A DNA stretch of 53,309 nt, the filler included, from Dirinaria sp. TL-2023a (taxonomy: Eukaryota), in NCBI GenBank assembly GCA_051941275.1. It is 2 parts of 2 records of this genome, joined end to end, with 100 filler letters (N's around TTAATTAATTAA, not from the genome) between each part and the next. Parts side by side here need not be neighbours in the genome. Positions count along the whole stretch, not along the records: positions 1 to 26,628 come from JAVEBF010000159.1; 1 more part is not named here. One strand, 5' to 3'. The notes below the pieces were generated by a model. The model was given only the letters and a program-made list of their open reading frames with translations. It was not told the DNA's origin and ran no database searches. Made by a program: the position numbers and the translations under genes. Every line of letters starts with the position of its first letter. The first letter of the stretch is position 1. Positions 10,872-23,074 of this stretch are shown here, piece by piece.

Positions 10872-11234
10872 TTGAAGAAACCCAAGCTAGACGATTCTAT
10901 TCCGCTCGAACGCTTTCAAAATGAACATCCTTCCGAATTGCCCTACAAAAACTATCCTTCCTATGGAGATCCTACACCATGGCATTTATCCCGAGGAGCG
11001 TCGATCGCTGTCCTCACTTGCCTGCCAATCATGGCTGTCGTATTCGCTATTGTAGGATTCGCGATTGGACGTGGGATAGAGAAGTCGAATACGAAGAAGG
11101 AGACGAGGGAGGAAGAGGCAAGGGAGAAAGAGGCAAGGGAGAGAAAGGCGAGGAGGAGAGAGGAGCGAGAGAGGGAGGAGAGGGAGAGGAGATGGAGGGA
11201 GAGGTGGGGAGAGACGAGGAGCGAGATATGGTAG
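10872..11234 (+). CDS. Putative small single-pass membrane protein with E/R/K-rich tail (5' end unresolved, possibly degraded)
   Basis: Hydrophobic segment IAVLTCLPIMAVVFAIVGFAIG followed by EEEAREKEARERKARRREERERE. No in-frame ATG upstream of the TM segment (frame closed by TGA at 10782). Confidence 0.4.
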   Translation: MKKPKLDDSIPLERFQNEHPSELPYKNYPSYGDPTPWHLSRGASIAVLTCLPIMAVVFAIVGFAIGRGIEKSNTKKETREEEAREKEARERKARRREEREREERERRWRERWGETRSEIW

Positions 11235-11890
11235 AAAGCTCCTCCGCCTCAAGGCGGTCCGATCTGGAATTAGCTAGGACAAAGGAGAGATGCAAAGTGT
11301 CTATATGGGGTTCAGAAAGATCGAGATAGAAACGAGCAGAGCGTAAGCGGGATGCAGCGAGGCGAAAGAAGAGACTGTGCGACCAGCGCCAGAAACGAAA
11401 GGTTAGAAGTCGCACATGGCTAAACTAATAATGACAACCTTGACATTTCCCAGAGCAAAAAGTATTCCGAACCCAGTAACTCTTCTTCGAAAGGCTGGAC
11501 GATATGCTTGGCCAATCTTATGGTAAAACAGGAATGGTTCCCGGATTAGTCAAAGACGACCATTCATCGCCTATCGTTTAGAGTAGATGGCGAAGAGAGT
11601 CAGTGGAGGCTCAGCAAGGCAGCTTATTGAAACACGATATGATTCTGCACACCAGTAGAACGTAAAAAGAATTCAGATCCGGTCCGCGTGACATTTGTGT
11701 TGGCAACAGTTGTTTGTCTGGAACTCGTTGGAGCTTTAGACTCTTCTAGGCTCGCTGTCTTCGCAGCTACTGTGCAAACTGTCTAGTTTTGGGTGTTGGT
11801 TGCATAGTTGCTCTTTAGTCACGAATTAGTCAGCAAATTGGGGTTTCCAATACCTCTCGAGCATCTACTTGACTACTTTGCTTCTTCTTT

Positions 11891-11917
11891 TCATCATCAT
11901 CATCATCATCATCATCA
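11891..11917. repeat. (TCA)9 microsatellite
   Basis: Nine perfect TCA units read directly. Confidence 0.9.
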
Positions 11918-12733
11918 GGTAATCGAACCAGGCCACGTGAAAACCTAAAGTTCCATTCGATTGTGCTTCGTCTACAAGTTTGCGTCTCAACACTACCTTG
12001 AGCCGACGCCTCCAAATGACGCTGGCTGAAACACGCTAGCAGCCGTGCAAACGCCGGGGATGCCTACCCGGCCCCGGAGGCGCTTTTCGGCATCCCATAG
12101 ATGGGAGAGCTGGCAAGATTATCCTACGAAGCCGTATTGAGCATTGAAATACTTATGTCATGACCATCCAAGCTATAGCATGGGTCATGCAGCGCCTATT
12201 CAGTCCAATAAGGTGAGGCAAGCCGCAATTCCAAGGATGCAAGCCAGAGGAACAATCTCAGAGAGAGCCAAGCTGCCAATGGGCCTGAGTCCTTCATCTT
12301 GCGTGGTCAAAGTCTTCTCTGATTCCGTGCTATGACTAGTTGGAAAGAATGCTCAACAATGCCTTACGAATGCGTGAAAGATGAAGCCGAGGCCATTACC
12401 TGCCGCGATGAAAATTAGAAAGACGCCTGCTATGTTGATGGTGTGCTGGCTCATCCTGTGATTGGGCCCAACATGGATTGCGATCCTTTGGATGTATCTC
12501 GCTAAGGAAAGCTCGATGTGGTCTTCAGCTCCGAAGTTTCATGCTAAGGGTGGGCCACATTCAGAGAGCGATTATGCACACTGGCGGCTTGAACTGCCAG
12601 ACTGCAGATCGTGTTTCTTTCTTGATTTCCATGCTCTTTTCGCCAACACATAGCTGCCATACGTATTTTCGTTTTTTCTCCAAAACCCTAACATATTGTG
12701 TTATCCCTTGATTTCCACCTTCCAGTCATCGAT

Positions 12734-15700
12734 ATGGCAGATTTGAGTCGCCAATCGGCTCGCGAAATTATTGAAGATATCATGATTTCGCATGGCGGAA
12801 TCACTGCAGAAGATCGGGCAGTCACAAAGCCATCCGTGCTACGGTCGCTAGCTAGTGTTCGTGAAAGCCTTGCTAAAGCTACCACTACGTAAGTTGACCC
12901 AAGGCCATCGGCCCTTCTCACCGTCTTACGACATAGGCTATCGAACCAGCTTTACTCCAAAGACACCAGATTCGTGTATGAATTAATCCAAAACGCTGAG
13001 GACAATACCTACAACATCTGCAAAGCGAGGGGAGTCAGTCCAGGGCTCATATTCACGGTCGCGCCAGACCTTATTATAATTGATTCCAATGAGGACGGAT
13101 TCACAGAGAACGATGTTCGAGCATTATGCGAGCTCGGTGGTAGTACTAAAACAGCCAGTGGTGGGTTCATTGGTGAAAAAGGTATTGGATTCAAGTCAGT
13201 CTTCAAAATTGCCTCCAGGGTTCGAATTCAGTCTGGACCGTTCTGCTTTGCTTTTGAGTATGGCAAGGATGATGACGGTCTTGGGATGGTGACTCCTATT
13301 AATGATGAGCATGAGAAACTACCAAAGAAAGTTCGAACCCGGTTCACGCTAACTCTGAATGGACATGTAAGCTTCGACGATTTGGTGCATGAATTCAATG
13401 GCCTCCCGGATACCTTATTGCTCTTTCTAACCAAGCTCAAAAGAATCACCATCCGAGTACCAAAAGTGGCTGGGCTCTCAAACACAGTCTACACGTATAC
13501 CTATGATGAAACCCTGCAGATCGGAACGGTAGTCAAAAGCGAGTCGATGGGCGAGTCTTCAAAAGTGACGTCCAGGCAATACTATGTCGAACGTCGAGTG
13601 ATAAAAGATCTTCCTGCAGACAAGGCTCGTCCTCATACCAGCGGAGCCGAAGTGGTCCTGGCTTTCCCAGTCAACGAAGAGAGCCGTCCTATAATTGAGC
13701 AGCAGCACGTGTTCGCGTTTGTGCCCATGCGAAGAGTAGGGTTCAATGTAAGTGGTTCACTGTTTATACCGAACAGTAGGGCTTAGACTTTCTAGTTTCA
13801 AATTCAATCGGATTTCGTAGTTCAAGCGAGTCGAGAAGATATCTTAGACTCGGCCTGGAATAACGCCCTTTTGGATGGCGTTGCAGCGACTTTTCGACAG
13901 GCGGTGCTCCACTTTAGGAGGAATCACCCACTCGAATTCTCTTGGATCCGATTTTTACCGAGCGACCACATTCCTGAACCTTTTTGGGCACGTCTTCGAG
14001 GGAAAATCCTGGAATACCTAAGGCATGAGGAAGTGTTACAGACTTGGAATGCCGATCGCTTAGCAAGAGCTGCGGAAATAAGATTGGTACCTCCGGATTT
14101 CCTTGACGCGAACGGTAAACCACTTTTCAGCAGCTTGGCCGGTACTCTGCATTGCATCTCCTCAGACTACTCGAGAGATGATACGGATCTCCTTACGGCG
14201 CTTGGTGTTCAGACACTCAGTAGTCACGAATTTTGTCATAGACTATCTTTCGATCTTGATTTCGACGTATCACGGTTCAAATCAAACGCGCAGTCCGATT
14301 TTGATTGGAACACTCGAACTGCAAGAAAGCTGCTCGCAATTTCAGAATCTGATTTTGCAATGATTCAAGAAATCAACTTAATACCTCTACAGGACGGGAC
14401 TTGGACTTCTGCCAGTACTGCAGAGCTATATTTCCCAGAGTACCAGTCCGTTCCTGTCCCCTCCGACATTGGCTTACGCCTTGTTGATAAGGACTTTTTG
14501 TCAAATGCTGCTAGGAGAGAGCTATACTATGTACTTGGGGTCGAAGACTGTTTGCCCAATCTAGTCATATCAAAGATACGTCGCAGATATAATACAGATT
14601 TCGCCAAACTCGGGGCCTCTGTTTCACATATACGATGGCTTTACCATTTCCTACCCGAGGAACAACGTGGTTTGGATCGACTCATTCCCCTCTTTGCCCA
14701 CGATGGAGTCCCAACATATCGAGCCCGTAAAACAATAGCGGGAGAAAGGAGAGTCTGTGATTTGTACTTTGAAACAGAAGACGAATTTGGGGTTAAAGAG
14801 CTTTGCCGCGAGCAATCGTCAATCTTCCCGAAGAAAGGAGTGACTCAGTATGAAGTTTACTTCATCAACGAGGCATACCTCAATGCCGTGGAACCCATGG
14901 TCCTTGTACATGGAATGTCATGGCTCAACTGGCTGGAAGATTCGGCAGGCGTTCGCCGCATCCCTCGACTTGTGAGATCAGTCGACTCTACAAAAATATC
15001 GAACCTATTTTCTTGGCTGGTCTCGAATCGACCCGGGCAAGTCGTTGAGACACTTCATGCGTACTGGTATTCATACAAAGATCAGATGAAGCCTGAGATT
15101 ATCAAATTTCTACGTGAAGCCAAGGTCCTCTGGAGACAGGGAAAGGAGATTGCTCTTGGGGCAACTTGGATACCAACGCCTGAGCTTGTCAAGATCTGCG
15201 AAGACTATGGGTCGGTCCGAAAAGGGCGCTTTTCCCATTCCAGTGTGGTCGCAGAAATGCCCTTTTTAGATATTCGCACGAGGTTAAATCCGCAAAATCA
15301 GGGTGAATGGAGGTTTCTAGCTCAATTTGGTGTAAGCTTCGACGCGAATACGTTCTTTTATCTCGAGGCGTTGCGTGTTCTCCGCACCGATTCAAGATTA
15401 ACCACGGGCTCATTTCCCAAAAAGTTGGGAAGGGTATACGAAGCAATTGAAAAGAGCAGCAATTCTTCCAATTATGAGAAAATCTGGTAGGTCTAGGGTC
15501 ACAACCCACAGATCCGTATTTAACGGTAGCAGTGAACTTTTTGCACGCGAAAATCTTATACTGGCACCATCGCAGCACAATTCTATGTGGATATGGGTAC
15601 CCGTCAAAGACTGTTTTTGGGAAGCCCCAGCTTTCATTGACAATCGGAACGTGCTTGGATCACATGAGCAATATCAAAATAATCAGTCTATAAAGCATCT

Positions 15701-18327
15701 CTTTAACGGCATTTTGGCCATTCCAGACAGCAACAGTCAACACTACATTGAACAACTTACACATTGGAAAGACAGAGAAACAGTGGGAGATGTTGTAGAG
15801 GTTTATCATCATCTACTACAGGCTACGAAAGAAGGGATGAAATCAGCAGATATCCGGTAAGTCACTCGGTACAACTATCTCGGAACATAGGTGACATTTT
15901 GTGCATCAAAGCCAATCATTCGAGGCCAAAAAGCTTGTTTATTTGCCAAGTCAGACAAGGTGGGTCTCTCCGTCTTCGTGTATATGGACAAAGTCGACAA
16001 GAATCGTTAGCAAGAAAGCTATAGCCGCAGAATTTCCTGAGCTGCAGGACTTTTTCATTTGTGTACTTGGAGTACAGGAACCAGACAAGTCCACATATAT
16101 CATGGAACTTGCAACTCTGTGTCGGGAGGAATCTGCTCCCTCTATTGCCAAGGTTAAGTCATTATTACGAGACATCAATTCGTGGCAACCCTTAGAAAAC
16201 GACTTAGACATACTCAAAACTCTGGACGCATTCCCAGTGAAAGATCCGACAGGCACATTGCGACTGCGGTGTATCGAACACACTTTTGTGCTTTTCGATC
16301 GACTGAGCCATGCAGAGACTTTCAAGGGCAAGGTAGCTTGGCTTGACTTCGACATAGAAGAAATGCGATCTTTACGACATCTTATCAAGGTTCTCCATTT
16401 GGATGCCAGATACACGTCACGACTAGTCAATGAGGAGACTCGTGCTCAAGATGCGATTTTGGACCCATCTCTAAGCGAAGAACTGCGGTATCGAGCTCAT
16501 GCAATCTTTCGGTGTGTTTGCTACCGCGAAGCTGCCAATTGCATGATGAAACTAACGAACTGCTAGATGTGCTGTACACTATCAAGATAGTGTGTCAACG
16601 AAGCACGGAGACTCCCTTTATCAGCGACTTCAGCGAGCAGATGTACGCCTTACCAACAGCATTTCCAGTACAACTAAGCTTATTCTGAGCGGGACGACAA
16701 TTGCAAGCGCAAGCACTATAAGTAGATTGCACCTTCAAGATGAGGGCGATCAGATCAGTCTTTATGTTCCTCGGAACGAGAGAGAAAAAGAGCTCTCTTA
16801 TCTCACGAAGGTTCCAGAGCGGATGATGGCCTACTTCGGAATCAAAGACAGAGGCGCCGCGAAGGTTTTTGGAGATGTCGTGAGATCCTCCCGCGCAGTG
16901 CTGGATGACGTGCTAGAAAGTCATGGTATCATGCGCTTGCCGGGACTCATGTCAGAGTCGGCGCTTGGAAACGAGAACAATATGCTTTCCCATGTCCCAA
17001 ATTCGTCTTCAAGGCCAGAATCGGAAACCGAGGTGAGGGGTGTCTTCAGTGCCTTTGGTGCCTCAGCTGCAGACACTCTCTTAGATCTTCCCGCAGGGAC
17101 GAAGAGATCAAGTGAACGAGCGCGATCAACATCGTTTGGTCTCGTGTCAGAGCCGATGTCTGAGAACGAGGAAAAGATGCCTTCCTATGTCCCAAAGTCA
17201 TCTCAAAGGTCAGACACCGAAACTGGGATAAAATTTGGTTTTGGTGTCCCAATCGCAAAGACTCGCTTCGGCCTTCCTATGCCTGACAAAGAGGACAAGA
17301 TATCTTCCCATGTCCCAAAGTCATCTTCAGGGCCAGGAACGGATATCAGCGTGGTTTCTTTATGGGGTGCCCAAGCTTCAAAGATTCTCTTAGATCTCCC
17401 TGCGGACACGAAGAGGTCAAACGAACGAGCACGATCCGCGTCTCCGGCACGGGCTACGGGACTGGGAGGCGTCTTTGGTGTGGAGCAGCCCTCACAACCG
17501 AAGGCAGACCGCACCAATGAGCGGTATAGAGCCCTTTTGGATCATGTGATCAAGAGCGCGCACTATGAAAGTGATCAAGTGGGCTTCTCGAATGAGATTT
17601 TTGTACCAGATGACGTCTTTGGTACTCGTTCGACAAACCAAATGCTCCACGACATGAAAATGGGTGCTGCGGGAGAGCTATTCGTACGGACACTTCCGGC
17701 ACGCTTTTAAGGTCTTATCTGACGCCCTTGTGCAGGTATTTGAGTTCCTTCTAGATATCCTTTCCCCATCGCTCTCACGCGCCAATTGGAGGAGCAAGAT
17801 TAGAAAGCATGTCTGCGTGCACGAAAAATACAGCGATATGACTAGCTATGAAGGAACCGAAAAAGCTGATATAATTTACGACGATGTCGATGGCAAATTC
17901 ACAGATTATCTGATCCGACACGACAAACTCGACCAAGATATCTGGATCGACCAGAAACCGAGGTATTTTCTCGAGGTCAAAACGACGATGCAGAAGTGTG
18001 AAACGCGATTCCTCATGAGCAAGGCCCAGGTGCAGAGAGTAAGTTGACAACCGTTTTATAGTCCCACAACCATGTCAGCAACATCAGCAATATCAAAAGC
18101 ATTGGACTGCCGCTGACAGCTATTGGGGGTTATAGATGGAGCGAATGGTCATCCCTCCGGGAGAATCTACAGCAGAAGTCTACGTCATAGCGCGGGTCTC
18201 GAACCTCGGACAAAAGGGCATTGATCTGGACTTCATCGTGGATCCCGAGACTCAGAGGCGTAACAAACAGCTACGGATCGAGGCAGAATCCTACAGAATC
18301 CTCCATTCGTGCGCGTTGCCTGAGTAA
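12734..18327 (+). CDS. Large sacsin/NO VEIN-like protein: N-terminal GHKL (HATPase_c-like) ATPase plus C-terminal DUF3883/NOV_C-like PD-(D/E)xK nuclease
   Basis: ATG 12734, intron 12889-12936, then LYSKDTRFVYELIQNAEDN, DSNEDGFTENDVRALC..GGSTK, IGEKGIGFKSVF (GHKL motifs of the sacsin/NOV type). Further introns near 13748, 15487, 15857, 16512, 17683 and 18039. C-terminal MGAAGELFVFE ... EKADIIY ... YFLEVKTT ... RFLMSKAQ is a restriction-fold motif. Confidence 0.88.
16968..17440 (+). repeat. Intragenic degenerate triplication in the linker of the NOV-like gene
   Basis: SHVPNSSS / SYVPKSSQ / SHVPKSSS at ~16970, ~17165 and ~17290; LLDLPAGTKRSSERARS (~17078) versus LLDLPADTKRSNERARS (~17387). Also visible at the DNA level. 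Confidence 0.8.
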
Positions 18328-20234
18328 AATCTCTTCACACTCCACACTCACTCTGAATATCCAAGATTTCTAGAGAAGAAGTGATGTATTTGCTCCTCGA
18401 GGTTTTGGGACAGGGAATCCTGAGCTTAGAGATTATCACCAGGCCAAGAGAATGGATATGCTTTTTCTCCCACGACTTCCTGCCACAACGTCACGCACTT
18501 GTATTCACCCCCTTTCTTGGTTCACCTACTTTCTTGTTCGGGTTAATGTTGAAATATTCACTCCACCAAAATTGTCTTTGCAAACGTCAAATAATCTGTT
18601 TGTCTAAGATGCATCAAATTTAAAGAGTCAAACATGTCATCGATTCGAAAGAATCTGCGCTACGAAAATTGCGTTTGCGAAAAATTGTCGATCTCAACAA
18701 GGAAACATCGTCTCTTCGAGAGAGACGGCGAAGTAATTCATCTTCATCGCAAATTCAAGTTTCAATTTGGATATCGATCGAGCATTTTGAAAAGGAAATG
18801 TTTCACATTTCTCTCTCCTAAATTGATGCTGCATATTAAATAGTCAGAAGCATCGGATGGTTTTGGTGGTAAAGACATTTTGGTAGGGTGAATATTTTAA
18901 CTCTAACCCTAACAAGAGAGTAGGTGAACCGAGAAAGGGGGTGAATAGGAGTAAGATATCTTATCAACAAGAAGAAGAATGAAGATAAAGAAAGAAAACC
19001 CAAAGATTATAAATCCAGCGTTACAGACTACCGAACTTTTTTCGACACGAGAAACAAGGTAGGAATAGCGTCGTGGTGGTGATGCTAAATTTTTTTTTGT
19101 AGGTGGTACTTACAGTGGGTCTTCTATTACATCCCTTTTTTTTTTCTTTTTTGTGAGGGAGGGGATGGCTATCAAAGAGAGAAAAGACCCATACGAAAGG
19201 AACACTACATTGAATTTTATTCAACTCTACTTCATACTTCATACTTCATACGAGTACCGTTTACTTATCACCAGATTAGTTTCCTATCCATGAAAATTTA
19301 TTTCCTCCTCCTCCTATTACCTTCCCTAATTATTTTCGCCTCGAAAGTCTGAGCAGTTGGTGGCTGCTTTTTGTTGAGGATACTGCCACGCTCTACGGTC
19401 TATGGTGCTGCGAGTGAGGGATGGGATTCGCTGAGGACTGAGGCTGGGTTGAAATGCAGATTTTTTTATATATAGAATTGTATTGTGTTCCCTCCAGCCA
19501 AGGGGTATTTATTATCCAAGATCGGAAAAAAAATGGGGCACGCTTCTGCTGCGGATGATATATGAATTGACTGAAGGTAGAGAATAGCGAAATAGAGTCA
19601 AAAATCATGAGCAGCTGGAGCTAATAGTAAGGAGTTTTTTTTTTTTTTTCTGCGGTATCAGTAGCTGGGAGGTGAAACGGAAAAACCTCAAAAGAGAGAG
19701 AGAAAAAGGTTTTTTCGGGTTTCGAAAACAGAAGGGGGGTATGATTATGAATTTTCTGGATATATGCTTCGAAGGCGTGATTAATCGATCCTAAAAGAAA
19801 AAAGAACAAAAAAAAGGAAGAGAAAATGTCGATTTTCCGTGTTGCTGGACGAGGTATACGAGATGATAAATCTGTGTGAATGCTCAACGACTTATATAAT
19901 CAGTAAAATAACACGTTTGCGCTGATTTTATGAAAAGTTCTGATGTTTCTCTACTGCGTTTTGAAGAGGAGGATTGGTGCACCGTTCTTGTCACTTCATT
20001 TCAAGCCTACAATGTAATCAAAAGATAACGGAAAACCAATCCAAATACTCCAACGACGATGGGAGTAAGCCGAGTTACTAACGCTCACTCTTCAAAAAGA
20101 GTATCGTCAGATTTAGGAAGTATTTATGAGGTCAATTGCACCTTATCTATGTATGTGTCTGTATGTGTGTGATCAATTAACTGCCTAACATCTATAAGAA
20201 AGAACGTGTGTGGGTACCTTAGGCGGTTCACCTA

Positions 20235-20336
20235 CCCGGGGACTGCCTATTACACGGGACTACATATTACCCGGGGCCTACGGTACCTATTATCCGGGGG
20301 TTACCGCCCGAGGACTGCCTTCCGAGAACTGCCATC
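20235..20336. repeat. Degenerate short tandem repeat (CCGGGGACTGCCTATTA-like, ~6 copies)
   Basis: ccggggactgcctatta, cacgggactacatatta, cccggggcctacggtacctatta, tccgggggttaccg, cccgaggactgcctt and ccgagaactgccat occur in succession. Confidence 0.6.
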
Positions 20337-21119
20337 CAAATCAAATCTAACCGCTTTCGTCAAACTATACTTGGCATTTTCTTAGTGGTGGGGTTCCGGT
20401 TTTACAGGTATATATTTTTCAGTCAAAGGTAACTATACATCCTTCCTCCTAGCTGAACGAGATAAAAAAAAAGTATGGGCGGCGGCCCTGGATATATCCT
20501 ACCTTATTATTGCTTAGGCGACTAAATGTACCGTACCCCGCAACGAACTAAGGTCAGGTACGAGGGGCACCTAGGGTAAGGATAAGATTAAGGTGAGGCG
20601 CCCAAACCTAACCAACGTAGAAGTCCGACAGATGAGTGAAAGGAACCCATATTGGTTTAGCGCGGATCCCCTCAGCCCTATCCCAAGGTTGGTACTTTAG
20701 AATGTCTTCATGAAAGAGAGTCGATGCTCAGACCAGCTCCTGCTGAACGGAGATGATGCGCACATACTTTGGGGGAAAGGAAACCATAGGTCGCGGAACT
20801 AGTGTTCAGAATGCAGCCGCAAGCTCATCGTGTTCTTCTTTCAATGCACAGACATCAAGTTTCTTGGTAGTGGGATCTTTCTGGATTTCAAGGTGTTGCA
20901 AGGACAACGGCTGTACCTGCATTTCGCTACCGCCTGTAAAGTAGTGGGTATGTTGTCTCAAAAAACCCTGCGCTGCGCTCGCTGAGCTTTGCTCTTAGGT
21001 CATATGACTGGCGATGATAGGTGTCAAATACTATAAATCTAGGCGTAGAATCGTGACATGAGATCCAATCTCGACTCTCGTAAGTATGTGCGCTAGATTG
21101 GGACTGAACTAGTTGTATA

Positions 21120-21448
21120 TTACGCTGTCCAAGGCTCCAAATCCCAGAGAACGATTGTTGTTTCAGACGGCACTGGTGTTGCGAGCGCATGAAGTTTTCT
21201 GTTTGCCAAAGGCAAAGCCTTAAATCTTACATAGTCGTCATACCGCTGAGCAGCATGAGGCTGTAGAGGTCTCGTCGACTTCCCTCTTCTAATGGCCATA
21301 TTTCGGATAAACGTGCGTTGATTATTTCATTTGGCAGGTCCTTGAAGGTCCTGACTCTGGATACCGTATCTTCTGCACGAGCAGAGATCTTGCTGTCTGA
21401 CGGTTCGCGAAGGGGTCTGTGTTTGTAGTTATTGTTGTTGATTTCCAT
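21120..21448 (-). pseudogene. Truncated F-box-like gene relic
   Basis: TFKDLPNEIINARLSEIW...RDLYSLMLLS followed after a break by NRKLHALATPVPSETTIVLWD, matching the usual fungal F-box pattern (LP.EI...L..L.LVSR.LH.LA.P.LY). An early stop follows at 21120-21122. Confidence 0.45.
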
Positions 21449-22580
21449 TTTGGTCAGTCTTGTAAGTAAGACTTCTCAAGATTTGACCTGATTGAGTATC
21501 CGGTCAGATTTTCGTGGTTAGGAAGCAGCTTGCGCTGATAGATGCGTTCTATCAGTGGAATGTTGGCTCATAACGCCAGCGATGTTCCAAATAAACGGTG
21601 ATAGGCCGAATACAACACATTCAAATACCTACAGAAGCCATTGTGAGATGCACTGAGTTGTATTCACCACATTACACTCCATCAACACCCACGTAAGCGT
21701 ACGTTTGGGAGTGATATTGGGTGATCGGAAGTTTAAAGCTGCAATCGAAATTGGCAGGTCTGTTGATTCTTGAAAAAGGCAGAGTTTCCGTTATCCATGC
21801 GACCAAGGCGTATATTGTTAGATGCCGGTTAGCGGAATGGTCCGATTTGAGTAATGTTTCTTTTGCAACCTTTGATAGCATGTAAATTTGGTTCAATCGG
21901 TAAAAATTCGTGAATGGCAGTCCCAGTCACACGAGTATCAGTGAGCTTGTGATGTTGATTAGGAATCCCAATTGACTCAATCAATGTCTATGAGATGGAC
22001 TAGTTCCGAATATCCGTTCAAAGGCCATAGTTGACGACATCCTGATGGCACCAAAACACCTCTGCAATGACAGATCATCTTGCTTTCAAAGAAGCAGTAG
22101 TCGTTTTGGGGCTCTTATCAAGTCTAGAACCTCGACACCGGTATCTCTGATTTTCTTTGCGTCTTGCAGCTAGTCCACATATGGGTTCTCGAAGCGGAGA
22201 GTTGTCAGGTATTGGACTGCAGCATGCGTTGATAAGACAATTCTTTAGCGAGTATGTCACGAAGGCTGAATATGCTAGCTTGACGTCAAAGATAGTCGAA
22301 GCTATTGGTAACGGCGTGGAGGAAAGATTAGTGTAATATCTAGTGAAGTCGCTCTTGGCCCCGATTGGTATGTCTCCATGCACCATCACTATGTTGTTAG
22401 GGGAGTATAGAAATAGAATAAAAAACTCAAGCTAGTCACGGCCCTTCGCGGATCGGATATAGCGGCGTGATGGCTTCAGACGAGGAGTCTATAAAACCGG
22501 AGGCATCGCCGGCCTCAGAATTCCAGTCTGGAAGAAGAGATAAGAGAACATACCAAGAATTTGCAAGTGAAAGGCTAGGC

Positions 22581-23074
22581 ATGCCATGTGCGTCGAAGGA
22601 TTATTACCTCAGCACATCAGGAACTTCATCAGTAATGGATCCCATGTACCAGCTTCAGCTTCAAACTGACGTGACGTTCTAGTGTCGAAGGATATAGAAG
22701 CGATACGCACGGTGGTTCTGGCCTATCAAGATGCCATGAATGCCTCGAGCACCGACAGAGTAATGGCACTATATGCCCCTGACGGGGTTATCATGCCGCA
22801 GCACTCCCAAGCCAGAATCGGCGCCGATGCAGTCAGAGAGGCTTACGAAGACACCTTTTCCGCTATCGCGTTCCAAGTGAGATTCAATGTCGAGGAGATC
22901 GTTCCCACCAACGCTGATTGGGCCTTTGCACGCACGACATCGTTTGGAAGGACGAAGACTAAGGCAGGCGGTGGAGGGCCGGAAGCAAATCAAGAGCTGA
23001 TCGTGTTCCAGAAGATCGGTGGCGAATGGAAGATCTCACGGTTTTGCTTCTGCACCACCAATCCGGCACAGTAG
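22581..23074 (+). CDS. NTF2-like / SnoaL-like (DUF4440/YybH-type) protein
   Basis: ATG CCA T, intron 22588-22682 (GTGCGT...CTGAC...CTAG), then TG TCG AAG gives MPLSKDIEAIRTVVLAYQDAMNASSTDRVMALYAPDGVIMPQHS...WAFART...EANQELIVFQKIGGEWKISRFCF. Confidence 0.85.

Noticed and set aside
18903..18913. CTAACCCTAAC, identical to a TTAGGG telomerase RNA template
   Set aside because: Isolated 11-mer in low-complexity DNA; similar CTAACCCTA words occur at ~32730 and ~42728; no pseudoknot or other telomerase RNA element recognised.
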